The notes under the pieces: model-generated
Databases searched by the model: none
Told to the model about the DNA's origin: nothing
Seen by the model: only the letters and a program-made list of their open reading frames with translations
Program-made: the position numbers and the translations under genes
In this document: positions 1 through 13,100 of the stretch, one piece after another
Layout: each line of letters starts with the position of its first letter
How positions within the stretch are numbered: position 1 is the first letter of the stretch
Assembly: GCA_000934665.2 (NCBI GenBank)
Contig: JYFJ02002894.1
Location: forward strand, 1 to 49,525
Source of the DNA: Catajapyx aquilonaris
Taxonomy: Eukaryota
Direction: 5' to 3'
Length of the DNA stretch: 49,525 bases

Positions 1-197
1 TGTGAGGTCACCGTGAAGACGTGGGTGGAGGATGGTGGAAGGGTGGAGGGGTCTTCACGGGAGAGGCGATGTGTCCTCCTTGACGTCCAGCACGCGACTG
101 TGGTGTTCTTCCACCCATTGCGCATGCTTGGAACGGGGGCCAATCGGAGGCATCATGGTAACAATACGTCCAGGGAACAATGAACGTGACATACATA

Positions 198-1141
198 CAC
201 TACCGGTCAAAAGTTTAGCATCACCCCCCAAGCAGAGGTTTTGTAATTCTCAAGCCTAAACTTACAGTACAAATTGAAAGTGTGAGGCACCGTTGAAAGC
301 TTCAGGAATAATACTACAAACCAAAAAAAAAAAACAGTCATTCTAGGTTCAACAGAGGCGCAGATATTAGGCCTACTTTAATATATATATATATAAAACT
401 CAAACACCTACATTTTCAACTATAAATATTAATAAATAAAGGTAATCATAATGAATTCATGCTTGATTATTTTTATTTGTGGCAATAAGTAAATGCCAAA
501 CACAAAAAAATTACAACCAAATTTTTTTTAAATCATCACTCGAACTGTAATTTGTTTTTAATTTGCAGTATTTCTTGTTATATGCACCCAACAATTGACG
601 TATCGTCAGCAGCGCATAACTTGTGAACCGATACCCCTACAGATAATTATGATGTTTGGACCAACCGATTTTTTACGGTTTTCCAGATCAGCTGGTCCAA
701 ACCTCATTTCTGTAGGAGTATCGGTTCTCAAGTTATGCTCTGTTGACGATACGTCAATTGTTGGGTGCATATAACAAGAAATGCCGCAAATTTTTAAAAA
801 TTCCAGTTCGAGTGATGATTTTTTTAAAAATTTGTTGTGATTTTTTTGTGTTCGGCGTTTACTTATTGCCATAGATAAAAATAATCAAGCATTAATTCGT
901 TATTACCTTTATTTATTTATATTTATAGTTGAAAATGTAGGTGTGTGGGTTTTTTTTTTAAAAAAACAAAATAGGTAATATCTGCGCCTCTGTTGAACCT
1001 AGAATGTTCCTTTTTTGGTTTGTAGCGTTATTCATGACGCTTTCAACCGTGTCTCACACTTTCAATTTGTACTGTAAGTTTAGGCTTGAGAAATTAAAAA
1101 CCTCTCCTTGGGGGGTGATGCTAAACTTTTGATTGGTACTG
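198..1141. mobile_element. Tc1/mariner-type non-autonomous element (MITE) with ~410-bp terminal inverted repeats
   Basis: Termini CACTACCGGTCAAAAGTTTAGCATCACCCCC and GGGGGTGATGCTAAACTTTTGATTGGTACTG, each flanked by TA. Arms ~198-610 and ~735-1141 are reverse complements. No transposase ORF. Confidence 0.85.
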
Positions 1142-1272
1142 TATGTACAAACTCTTTTGTTTATAATAATAGGGATATTAAATGTCTCGAACACACAAGA
1201 AGTACACTTTATTATCAGTGTTATATACCTTTATTGAGTGGTGTACATCATAATATTTTTCTTCCTCTTCAG

Positions 1273-1538
1273 TTGCCCTGGCAGAGTCTATTCCTGATCT
1301 GGGTGTATTCATCTCTCTCGTGGGTGCCTTGAGCAGCTCTACTCTGGCCCTCATCTTTCCTCCAATCATCGATTTGGTCACCTTTTACCATGATGGATTT
1401 GGAAAATACAGGTGGAGGTTATGGAAGAACCTGCTAATCATGGTGTTTGGCATAATTGGCTTCCTTACAGGCACTTATGCTAGTATTGATCAAATTATCC
1501 ATCCTGCTGATGTCCCAGAAATTGCTTCCAGCAATTAA
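1273..1538 (+). CDS. Last coding exon of a proton-coupled amino acid transporter (SLC36/PAT, pathetic-like); earlier exons lie upstream of the window
   Basis: Acceptor cttcctcttcag ends at 1272. The exon reads ALAESIPDLGVFISLVGALSSSTLALIFPPIIDLVTF...WKNLLIMVFGIIGFLTGTYASI...SSN*, the typical SLC36 C-terminal TM segments. Stop TAA at 1536-1538. Confidence 0.88.
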
Positions 1539-4259
1539 CCGAAGTCAGTTATGCTATATATCATGGATATCCTTCTCCTATTCCAATCTGCATGACAAAT
1601 TGAGCCCAAAATATTGGGTTAGAGTAAAATGGTGCAGTATTTATTTACAAAAAAGAAGAAAGAAAAAAACTGTTACAAGCAGTATTAGCATGTGTGGCTC
1701 TTTTTACACAAAAAACAATACAGTAATGAGGAGGAGAGATTTATTAGATCCATTGTTAGCAAATGTTATGTTTGCATGTATAATATTATTTTCTTCCATA
1801 ATTGGTTAAATATGTGTGGCAGTTTTATGCCATATTTTGTTGAGCTATAGTAGCCTGTACCACTTGTTAATATTGTGATTAATGTTATCTGAATGGTAAC
1901 CAAAAGCAGCATTTTATTGAGAGAGGGAGTAGTCGGGGCAGTCTGTTTCCCCTTGGATGATTCCATTTTTCTATGTAAATATTTAAATGGATATCCTGTG
2001 TGAAGTAAACTACTGAATAGTTGATCATTCCATTATGACCGTATATGTTTGTCTTTTTTAAAGATATTATGTTTATTGAAATTTGATAAATTGAAGCGAG
2101 GACTGATTGGTCAACACAAACGATGTCTTCCTTCTCTGGACAATAATAAAACTGATATATGTGAAGTCTGCCTCGTGTTATTTAAGGACCCATTAAAACA
2201 TTTCCTTACAGCTACATATACAACATGAATTATAATCATCATCATTAACATCATTACATAAGTTACTAAAAGCGGAAAAATTTGTGACAATGCTCGCATT
2301 ATAACAGCTCGAAAAACAGCCTACATACGTACACATGACAAAGCACTAATACGTGACATTAAACTATTCAGACCTGAGGGTAATTTAAATGCAAGCATTT
2401 AAGTATGTTCCCAGTTGTACGAAAGTTAGTTAAGAGTATTTTCTTGGGAAAAAGGAAAAGTCAATTTTTCTAAACTTGGAGAGACCATGCCAAGATTGAA
2501 GATGTTAGTAGCAAACGCTGTGTAGCAATGAAGAAAGTAGGCCTGTACGGGTCAGTTTTGTATAAATTGTTAGAAGTTCATTGTTTTAGGGGTAACAACA
2601 CAGCACACCCTACAACTATTCCTCCACCTCTTATGACTACAGGTCCTGCAAAAGATTTGAATTTATGCTTTTCCACTGCCTAGTCCCTACTGGCTGCCCA
2701 ATTTATCAGTACAGTGTGGTGCAGTCTTAAGCCAACTGTCTCAGACTTTGTTCTTGATTTGGGAGGAAGGGGATGACTTCATTTTTTTATTGCCCTTGCA
2801 GACACAGTGTTAACTTCATAAGGAAAGATGCCAAATATGTGGGACTGTTTTCAGAAACAGACCCTCAAGTCAGTCTAGTGACATGTTACAGTATTGGCTT
2901 TATTCTGTATACCTTGAAATGGTCTGAACAGATTTTTTGGGATGTTAACAATTGCACAACAAATGAAGGTAGAATGTTAACACATTATGCGGATTTAAAA
3001 ATAGACTTCATAGAATCTGGGCAGGTTCGAAATTAGCTGGTTGCCAGTCACATTTTGCGACTTGAAGTTATCAATTGACAACCAATTATTCAAGATGCCT
3101 AGTGGCCACGTTTGGCGACTAGCTTTCCCTCTCAATGTTGCATTTTTCTGTCAATTATTAGGCCTACTCGCATTCCTGCCACATACAGCATTTACAATTT
3201 ATTTCCTGCTGACGCTCTAGAGACATATTGTACTGTACATGAATCATAAATCGGCAGAACAGTTTGTGCACTACATTGCAGAAAGCCTGAGTGGAGTCTG
3301 GAAATCAGGGACAAGTAGTAAAGAAAGGTGTTACAATTTTTATTCCCTTCCTATATTAAATACTTGCTATGCTCGGCTGTGGGGCTTCCGCCCCTCGCCC
3401 CCCAGCATCCGGTTACAAACATCCACCAGTGACGTCAGCACAAGCGATAAGGAGTATCCATATCATAGAAAAGAGAGGTTGGGATGGCCAGTGGAAACAG
3501 ATGTGAGTGGGCGAATGAAAGTGGGTGGGCCGTTGTTCTCCCGGCTTGAAGGACCATAATATTATAGCCAAGGTCGGTGAATTAAAATCTGGTTTTTTGG
3601 CCATAGCTCGAAAACGGCTGGGAAATTTGCAGTTATTTTGTGATTCCCAATTGATTTTTGCAGCTTCCCAACGATCCTACACCTAGTTCGCGGTGACACT
3701 GACGTCGGGAAGTGCGAAATCTTGTCCATCCTACATCCTCCTCCTCCTCCTATATCCTCATCTAAGGGCTTTATATACAGTATATACTGGATTTATGGGA
3801 TTGTCATAAGGATTTTTCTATTTATGCAGTTGTTACCCCTTATATGTCATTCTTCCAATAACATACATGCCTCAAATTCTTATGCAGTATAAATCTCATT
3901 CATATGGTAATTCAGACATGATCTCCTAAGTATTAGCCTGCCACATTTCAACCATTTCCTTTGAAAGGAAAAAACTTAATGCCAAGAAAATAATACACTC
4001 ATACAGTGGCATGATCTTTTTATTTTTGCCTTGCATGGATTCCATGAATGTCAATGCTGTTTATACCTATTGTCAGGAACTTTCACCAGTGGATCACAGT
4101 CTCTCAATGGTGGTGACATGTTGTCAGCAGCCAGCACATCCTTCAAGTGCTCCTAGAGAAATGGCATAATGACAGTAAACCCAGATGCAATAATGTGAGT
4201 CCCTCCTTCTCAAATGCACTGTGCACCTACCAATTCATCAGGTTTGGTCTCTTCTCTTT

Positions 4260-6468
4260 TCACTTGTTCATCAAGAACTGTTCCACATAAGCTCTTGTGG
4301 TGTAGTCGAGCTCCAATGGAGGTCCTCCCCTGGCGATGGATGCGAGCCACTGAAAAATGCGCTTGTAGTTGACACCACCGCTTTCCTCTGGAGTAGGGTA
4401 GTCTCTCACTGCGGATATCACTAGAAGCGTCACATGCAACATTCTTCTATTAGCATCATCAATGGGTGCCCATACAGCAGCCGCCTCGTCCATTCGCTGC
4501 GCCCATTCCTCAGCTCGCATCTTTGGGTTGTCCTAAGATTCACCAAAGGAGAAGTGTTGGATCACAGAACAGCACGACATACCAACAAACCCTTATTACA
4601 CATGGACAGTGAATTAGGTAAATTAGACGTTTTTGTTCTTCGGTCTGTTTAAATTGGGCTGTTTTATCATGCGACTGTTTATTCCAAGTAACTTTCTGCA
4701 TGTTTTTATGCCACTATTGTTGTGGTATGTGACTCTTTTTAGGGAGGCGGAGTGGTGCTGCAGTAACGTATGTGCCCACGGATGTTAAGGTCCCGGGTTC
4801 GACCCCAGCCCGGGGACACCCCCTTCATCTCGTGCAGAGTTCATTGGGTCACCTCTGGCTTCGTCTCGGGTGGTATTTCCTACAGACTAAACCACCCGGG
4901 GAGTTCACTAAAAATGGCCACATAAAGACATTGCACTGCACCTTGCACATCCCCTCCTGTCATCCTGCCCGTGGGCCCGGGCATTACGTATAAAGGTTCC
5001 GATGTATGTATGAGTATAAAATAAAGGTCCGTGCTATATACCTCAGATGAGGTCAAGCACTACCCGGATTATTATTATATTATTATTAATTATTATTTTT
5101 TTATGTGACTCTTTTCAGCAATTATATCAAAAACTTTCCCGTCAGTAAAAAAAAGAGAAGTAAGACCTCCGCGGCGGAATAAAAGTACTGAAACAAGGCA
5201 GGCGCACGTAATACCTTCACCAATTGATTTAAGCTGTACCATAGGTCTTACTCAAGCAATTTCCAATTCACTGCTCATGAAGTCTCCTTTCTGAAACAAA
5301 TCTTTGGAATTTCTGTCGTACTACTAGTTACTTCTAACTTACGTAGCAGTACCAGTGTAGTGCAATGGTACTGCTAAGTTAGCAGTATTAATTTTCCATG
5401 AGCCCCTCCATATTATTGTTTTCTGAAATTAGGAACTTCAATATTAAGCACATTGAATTTCTTTGCGATTAGTGAGAATTATTGCCATGAAACATTCATG
5501 CAGAATCGTCACCTCTTTTAGATGCTGATTTTAACTCTTAACGTTTAATTTTTCACATATAACGTTAATTTGTGAATTTTAGAGGGTCTTTTTCGATTGG
5601 ACCAAGTCTGTTAGAATGGGTTTAGTTTTTCCCCCATTTTTTTTCTTTCCATAATAAAATCCTAACGTATACTGCTCTGAGTAGTTTGCAGCAGTCATTT
5701 TATGAGCCGTTCCATACCGGACTTAAGAATTGCTTGAGTAAGACCTATGGTACAGCTTAAATCAATTGGTGAAGGTCTTACGTGCGCCTGCCTTGTTTCA
5801 GTACTTTTATTCCGCCGCGGAGGTCTTACTTCTCTTTTTTTTTACTGAAGGGAAAGTTTTTGATATAATTTCAGTTCTTTTTTGACAGTACACGTAACTT
5901 ATGCTCTACAGTGTCTACACTATACAGTCTGCACTATGAATGCATTGGAGACGATTTTCGTCGCTTAGAAGTCCCAAAAATTATTTTCACAGAGACAGTC
6001 GTAAAAAAACGAAAGTCGAGTGCTACCAGCCAACGGTTAGTCTGATTTAATTATTATGAAATAGCCTATACGCTAAAATATACGGAATATATACATTGAG
6101 AACTGTACCAGACGATACAAAAAACACAAAGGTACATTAAAGTTGGGTGAAAACCCAACGGCGACAGTATGACTCAGCGTCGCTCATCTTGTCCTCCGCC
6201 GGCGTGTAGTCAGCGGACAGCACTTCCGGAGCCTCGTTCGAACAGGTCACGTACGACACGGCTGCAGGAACTGGAGACAACTCGTGTTGTTGTAGTTGTT
6301 ATAGTGACCAGTTCCAGTTTATGCCAACCAACCCGTGTAAGGAATTTGATTATACCCTATATAAATGTGTCCCTATATACCTAGAATCTCGCTTTTCTGC
6401 ATATGGGCAATGCATCCTTTGATCTGAGCCCTCCTTGCAGCCTTCCTCTGTCGCCTTCTCCGACCCAT
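4260..6468 (-). CDS. Possible small spliced gene of unknown function
   Basis: Candidate exons: 6468-6381 (MGRRRRQRKAARRAQIKGCIAHMQKSEIL, donor G|gtatat); 6270 to ~6150 (acceptor ttgtctccag, phase-compatible, VPAAVSYVTCSNEAPEVLSADYTPAEDKMSDAESYCRRW); ~4532-4260 (acceptor aatcttag, DNPKMRAEEW...FLMNK*). The link from exon 2 to exon 3 is weak, and exon 2 may simply end at TAA 6139-6137. No homolog recognised. Confidence 0.35.
4741..5101 (+). mobile_element. tRNA-derived SINE, family A, full-length copy
   Basis: A-box-like GGAGTGGTGCTGCAGTAA, B-box GGTTCGACCC and an (ATT)n tail. 14-bp target-site duplication TATGTGACTCTTTT at 4726-4739 and 5102-5115. A second copy lies at ~31816-32030. Confidence 0.85.
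5120..5870. mobile_element. Non-autonomous TIR element with ~140-bp inverted repeats
   Basis: 5120-5261 (aattatatcaaaaactttccc...tactcaagcaatt) is the near-perfect reverse complement of 5728-5870. Confidence 0.75.
5920..6110 (+). mobile_element. Degenerate fragment related to the piggyBac-type MITE at 32567-33271
   Basis: Shared blocks tagaagtc(c/g)caaaaatta..ttttca and ctgatttaatta(tta)tgaaata...taaaatat(a/g)cggaata...ttgagaa align by eye with 32706-32850. Confidence 0.5.
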
Positions 6469-6999
6469 TGTTCCAAGATGTCAAGCACGACCAAACTTAT
6501 TTGGACCGAACCACGAATCCACGATGCAAGTACAGCGGTGCCTCCACTTGGGCCAAAATAGCTGCTTATTCCTTCGTGAAGCGTCTCTCGAAGGGGTTCC
6601 AAATCAGCTTAGGAATCTGCCGACAGAGCGCGCGACGATCGACATTAGGGCGACCACCAAAAAAAAAAAGTGAGGCTCTCTTCTATTCTCTAATCTTTGA
6701 GACCACAGACGCTTGACCAGGCCTAGAACCATAGACTGAAAGTAGAGAAGTTAACATATTTATCAATGCCTGGGCCTCAGCCTGGACCACGGCCTGGACC
6801 TAATGTCGACGCAAGTGCGCTCTGGCGGAGAAAATTTGAACACGCTTTTGCCTTGCTGACGGGCATCACCGGGCATCACAAACAAACCCCGAGAGGAGCC
6901 ACCGAATTACATCCACCTTGGACCGAACCCAGAGCAGAGGCATAACCTTTGACCCACAACAATATATGAGGTGGTAAACAACAACTGACGTTTCTAGGT

Positions 7000-7416
7000 G
7001 ATGGCGTCATGAACAAATGAAGTAATGACAGAAAAAATACGAGGTAAAAAAATCACAGCTCCAATCCTGTAGCAGTGGGAACTGTGAGATTTTGAACATA
7101 GATCCGCACCGTGATCCGCACCATCCCACTGCACCTTCGGCCCTTTGACGATGAAACCGTATTCCGAATAGTTATTGAGCAAAAAAATGAAAACGTATTT
7201 TTCAGTGGTCTCGAATTTTTTGCGGCGTTTTGAAGAGGAATTAAGTAAAAGTGTCAATGGTAGGAAATCAATTCACGACGGTGGGGATCAGCTGTGTTCA
7301 AAATTTGGAAGCTCTACCTACAGCAGAACTTGAGTTAGGGCGAATAAAAAAAACGTAACAAGAAGAAGAAGAAGAAGAAGAAGAAGAAGAAGAAGAAGAA
7401 GAAGAAGAAGAAGAAG

Positions 7417-7451
<35 letters not shown>

Positions 7452-7512
7452 GTAGGAAAAATTCATTGTTGAAATCTATGCTACGGTCTTACTTAAGGGC
7501 TATCGCCCTTAA
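7000..7512 (+). mobile_element. Probable Helentron-associated (HINE/DINE-1-like) non-autonomous element
   Basis: AAATTTGGAAGCTCTA core followed by an internal microsatellite and a 3' stem-loop TTAAGGGC-TATC-GCCCTTAA (~7493-7512), an architecture typical of HINEs. Boundaries are approximate. Confidence 0.4.
7359..7451. repeat. Compound microsatellite (AAG)n(AAC)n
   Basis: Directly visible tandem trinucleotides. Confidence 0.97.
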
Positions 7513-8249
7513 AATGAGAAAAAAATGACCTGAAAACTTGAGTATTATTGTGAATACCCTCATGACCGTGTGTATCTAACATAGTGAGCATATATTTTTA
7601 CGCAGTCAACAGTGACAGTTTTCACCATAACCTTTGTTGCTAGCAGCGCTGGAAATCATTTCTGAGCTGCTTATTGGTGTTACATGTGTAGGGTCCAGTG
7701 ACACAGCCTACGACAGAGTCAACCCAGGTCAACCCTTAATTATTCTTTCATAATTGTACAGTGGACCCTCCTTATCCATGAATTTCATACGCACGGATCA
7801 ACCAACCATTGGAAGGAAAGTATTTGGGAAAAAATACCCACGTGAAGTTTGGACTAGCAAAACGTGAATTTCCTGCATGCTGAGCACTGCGATACTGTAC
7901 AACAACTATTTACTATTTACATTCCAATGATTCCATTATGCATTATAAGAAGGGATCTACCTGTCTAGGTGATTTCAAGTAGGCCTACAGTTATTGGGAC
8001 TCCAGATATACTCGTATAAGAGCCTTGGTTACAGCCAACTCGAAATGCTGGCCCATCATACTTCCATATATGGCGTGGAAACCTCGGTTAGTGAATCCTG
8101 ATTTCAGCGTCAACGTCAACCACACCTGTACCATGGCTTTCTTCTACCTTGACTGTACTTCAAAATTATCCGCCACCATCTGTTTCGAATTGATTGTATA
8201 GGTGGCGCCACCGAAATTCTTTGCTAATGTATTAACTACCAGTTCCTAG

Positions 8250-8428
8250 ATGGCAGGATGTCCTCTTTGCCCGTTAACATCAATGGTAATCCTGCCACCT
8301 GTGATCCAAATTACAAAGCTCGCCCAGAAGCTTCTGACAAGTTGTCAAGTTTACACTTCCGTAGTCCGTACTATCCGCATCGAAGGGCTGCCAAAGTCTC
8401 GTTGGAAACCACGCCCGAACGGGACAAG
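8250..8428 (+). other. Probable upstream (5' UTR or N-terminal extension) exon of pasiflora 2
   Basis: Good donor AAG|gtgcgt at 8429 and acceptor tctattctctcag ending at 10103. ATG 8250 would be in frame (phase 2) with the pasi2 reading frame. The true 5' boundary is unknown. Confidence 0.45.
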
Positions 8429-9138
8429 GTGCGTTTTCTCATTTTTTTTGATATGTCTCAGGTTTTTAAAAAGCTGTACACCACGCTGGTACCGCACCTG
8501 ATGTGATACCCAGTCGTGACCGTCATATCTACACTAAACTGTCCAGATAAAAGGGGTCATTTCGACCCTTGTTTCCAGGTAAGGAGGTGCAGTCAACAAC
8601 ACAGCCAGGTCACACCCGTCAGAACGGTTCATTTGCACATCCATCGAGTGCATGAATACTCTAGTCAGAAACTGTACTTCATGTAGACTTGTAGTTCTAT
8701 GGACACGTTCTATGCTGGCCTTAGTTGCTGCAGGTTCCCCAATAAGGGCCACGCCCCTACTAATGAACCGTGGGGGTAACATGTTTACATGTGACATTTT
8801 ATACACATTGCCATGGTAGTTACCTATGCTGGCCAGATTAGGGCTCTAAATGGGATTACACATGGAGTAGTTATTGGTATACATGCCAGTGTGAGTTCTA
8901 AGACTCATAAGTGGATGTGGGATATTATTTTCCCAGTTTGGTAGTAATATCAGCATAATGCTTGGGTGTGACTGCCAGTGGGCATTTGAATGCCGTTTGT
9001 GGAAAGCAGCAATTGGTGGAAAAGATTTGTTAACCAAGATGGTGTATTTTCTTAGATTATTTAGCTTACATATTTTGCTTACCACAACCTAATATTGGCA
9101 GTCTGCTCCATACAGAGGAGGGACATCACCCGGGGTCG

Positions 9139-9325
9139 CAGAAATGTGTGTGATAAGATTATACCGTACTCTATTACACTAAATTTTTTTAAAGTATTTA
9201 AAAGTATCGCCGTCTATTCCCACCAGAAAGCAGGCTGGGTCCTTTTCTATTAAACTGATTGAAACAATACTTTTAAAATTTTTAGTGTAATAGAGGACAA
9301 TGTAATCTTATCACGCACATTTCTG
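9139..9325. mobile_element. Short palindromic MITE-like element
   Basis: cagaaatgtgtgtgataagatta...ctctattacactaaa is the reverse complement of tttagtgtaatagag...taatcttatcacgcacatttctg. Confidence 0.6.
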
Positions 9326-9748
9326 GCTTGGCGTCGATACATTCGCGAAGTAATTCGGATTATAAACAGCCGAGATAACAGAGGTGTGCAATTAACTTAA
9401 TTATGATTACAGAAATGGCGATCTCAATGTTTCAAATATATCATTAGATAGACAAAGATGTGCACTATGCAGGGTTCACAGGTGGATTTTTTTGGCCTCC
9501 TGAAAGTGTCATAAAAAATTCACGTTGTGGTGTAACATCGGCAACTAGTCAAAAAATGACACTTTTCCACCTTCTTTTTACGATAAAAAATTAGAGACTG
9601 ACGATAGGAAAACAACTCGTATATATGTAACATGGATTTAAACAAGCTTTCTAACGATACATACCTTCTTTTATATATATATATAATTTGACTGGTAGTT
9701 GTTTAGAGTCAAACACAGGGCTCTATATCAAATAAACGGATAGTAGAG

Positions 9749-9977
9749 TAGTGGTTCCCAACCTTTTCCGGGTCACGACCCCCTGTTATGATGGTCGAGT
9801 AACCTGCCCCCCACCCGCGTGTTAGGTGTTGAAAAATACCTCCGTGATGAAATTTCCGACAAAATTTGTAACAGTAATGTCTTTAATTACTTGTAGTTAT
9901 TTTTTAATTTATAAAAATAACCGCTGCCACGCACGACCCCCTAGAAAAGGCTTCGACCCACAGGTTGGGGCCAACTG
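9749..9977. mobile_element. hAT (Charlie-like) MITE
   Basis: TIRs TAGTGGTTCCCAACC and GGTTGGGGCCAACTG. Flanks tagtagag and gtctagag resemble the NTCTAGAN 8-bp target. Related to 16268-16475. Confidence 0.65.
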
Positions 9978-10143
9978 GTCTAGAGCCACTGCATTCTTTT
10001 ACAATTATTTGGAAAGCACCTTGTGCAAAGGCATATATGGGTAACAGATGACATTAATTCAGTTAATGTTAATCCACTTAACAATATCTTTCTATTCTCT
10101 CAGGTTTACATCCATACGGCGACTGGTGGCAGCAACCTCAAAG

Positions 10144-13100
10144 ATGTCTGGGGTGAAGCGTCCCCCGAGTGTATCCCGATCAACCCACTCGATCTACTCT
10201 CATGCATCTCGCACTTCCCTGGGCACGGGAATGCGCTCTTCCCGCTCCATCAAGTCGTTGAAGGTGCCCTGGTACCACAAGCCTATCCTGCATGATGCAT
10301 TCTTTGTTGACATTCAGCGAGGAGCCCTCATTGCTGGGACTTATGCCCTGGTATGATCAAGGGTACATCATTTTGTGGTTTGGCTTTAAATGGTCATTCA
10401 TTTGACACCAACAACATTATTGCATGTTTTGTACTCTATATTAAAATGAGATCAGCATCAAGTAGGGGGGCATGGTGGTCTAGTGGCTATGCTACTGGTC
10501 ACCTTCGCGTGGTCAGGTCTTTTTCCGCTTTTCACCCGACATGTCCGGGCAGACTTCCTCTCCCTTCTCCGCCCAGGGCCAAGAGAAAAGGTCTGGTAGT
10601 TAAGAGGGTCTGGAATGACTGAAAACTATTTAAGAGCGCCCTCCCTTGGGAATCTCCCCTTCTCCCCCTAAAAAGACCCAACGCCTTATCAAGCGGTAAT
10701 ACAAAAAACAAAACAAAAAGCATCAAGTAGGCAGTGCATGAAGTATCACTTACAGGCCTACAGCAAAGATGATGCTACTGATGAGACCTAAATAAATGGT
10801 GCTGTGGGGGATAACATGCAGGAAATTACATTTTATATTAGAATGGGAATGTGACGTGTGCAGAATGTTTCCTAATGATTTTGAAGACTCTCTTATACCG
10901 TATTTACGCGCAGATAAGACGCACCTTTTTTCCGATTTTTGTAGCTCAAAAAGTAGGGTGCGTCTTATACGGCAGGGCACAATGGGTGAAACCCGTGAGA
11001 AATCATAAAAATCGTTTATTGAAAAATTTAAAAACATCGCACATTCGAATCAGTCGTCGTCGCTCTCCTCGGCCGTCCCTGGATCCTCGTCATCCCCAAC
11101 CGAGTCGTCATCGTCGTCCTGCACAGCCTCGGGATCGTCCGCCACTTCCTCATTGGCGTCGGCGTCGCGCCACAGCAAGTCGTCCTCGGTGCTGTCCAGC
11201 TCATTACTGAGGCAGCACTCCTTGAATGACCGAGTGATGATTTCCGGGTTGAGGTTGTCCCAGGCAGATTTGACCCAGCATCTGGGTGCTTCTTATATAA
11301 GTCAACAACCGATTTTCCACGATTTTTCGCCTCAAAACCGGGGTGCGTCTTATGCGCGTGTGCGTTTTATATGCGCGTAAATACGGTAATATGAATAATT
11401 GGGCATCAAGGGATCGTTTATGTAGAGATGTCACTTGGTCTTTTCAGGTATGTAACATCCTGGAATGTAGAGAACACAACTAGCACTTGGCTCATTTAAA
11501 TCAAGGCTTTCCCTATGAGGTTCATATGGGGTGGAGTGCTTCAAGGATGGTAGATTTAAAGTTTGGCCATATTTTGACTTGTTCCATACTTTCCCAGATG
11601 TTATGTGATAAATGGCCTATTTTCTCAGTAATGAGGTTGCAGAAACCAAGTGGCACCTTTAAATATGTGGGCTGATTAATAAGTCACTGCGCATATTTTT
11701 TTATTCAAACCGGCAACACATAAAGAGATGACCTCACTGAGTATTGAAGCTCTGGCAATTACAATTTGATCTGGCATATAGATGTCACCCATATCGCATG
11801 GGAGGCAGGGAAACAAAAGGGGATCGTGACCCCTCCCACCGCACCATAGCCCTAAGAAGGCTCGAGCCTGACAGGCTTGGAGCTGTTGGACCCTGCATCC
11901 TCTACACTCGGAGATGGACAACACTGGAGCTTGCTTTCGAGTGTGGGACAAGTCAGAGAACTATGGCCAGAGCCATGTGTCATCCATCGCCACAAACCGT
12001 TTGAAAAAAACCATTGCCCTCAATGCGATTGAGTTCCAAGCGAAGGCAAAATGGTGGCTCTTTTGCACCTCAAAGAGATGGTGAGGAACCAGTGAGGATG
12101 CCACTTCCTAAGACCTTTCAGTCTTTCAGAGTCCTAAGCATAGTGCTCTGACTCGTCCCACACTCGAAAGCAAACTCCAGTGTTGCCCATCTCCGAGTGT
12201 CCCGCATGCAGGGTCCAACAGCTCCAAGCGCGTCAGGCTCGGGCCTTCATAGGGCGATGGTGCGGTGAGGGGGTCATGATCCGCTTTTGTTTCCCTGCCC
12301 CCTGCAATATGGGATCATCTATATGCCAGAGAAAATTGTAATCGCCGAATCTTCAAAACTCAGCAAAGGTCATCTCAGTATGTGTTACCGTTTTTGAATA
12401 AAAAAATATGTGCAATGACTTATGAATCAACCCACGTAAAATGATACCGTCATGGCCAGGAACTTGCCATAGAGGTTTGTCAGAAAACACACCATGTAAA
12501 ACTAGTTGGGTGCCAATAATGATTGGGTAACATGAGATTAAGAGTAAAGGCCGGTATCCACATACAAGTTTTCTCACATACGAGGAGCCAACTGCGCATG
12601 CCCGGATCCGAGGAACGAGGAAAAGTTGAAAATTGTCAACTTTAATCCCCTTTTCGAGGGACAAGAGGGGGCCCTGAGGCGACAAAGAGCCCGTCTCGAC
12701 GTACAAGATTTCTTGCGTAAGAGGACTTGCATACGAGGAACTCGCACGTCGATACCGGCCTTAAGATGGTCTTAATCAAAGTAAGTCATGACCAAAATAA
12801 TGGACGGAAGGACTTGCGTAATGGGAGACCGTAATGGGAGGGGTAGGGGCACGCTGCACCAAACTACCCCATGACCTAACCTTTCTTCCCGGTGAATACA
12901 CACCTATCCTTCATCAGATACACACCTAGGAGAGTAGGTAAAAGTGCGAGGTCTCCCGATACGAAAGCTTAGCCTAATGACCTCTTGATTGACAAAAGTG
13001 AAGAGATATGTTGTGTGTTGTTTCCCTAAATTTCAAACAAACTGGTAAATCGGTTTGTGAATTTTCATTTCTGTCAATGTCCAATGAAATTTCTAATGAA

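Noticed and set aside
3355..3790. GC hairpin (ggggcttccgcccc) plus (CCT)n tract, possibly a Helentron-like element
   Set aside because: No second copy or definable termini in the window; too weak to call.
4741..4815. tRNA-like sequence (also ~31816-31885 and ~10467-10500)
   Set aside because: No full cloverleaf. Each is followed by a SINE body, and two of the three have a tail and TSD, so they are SINE heads rather than tRNA genes.
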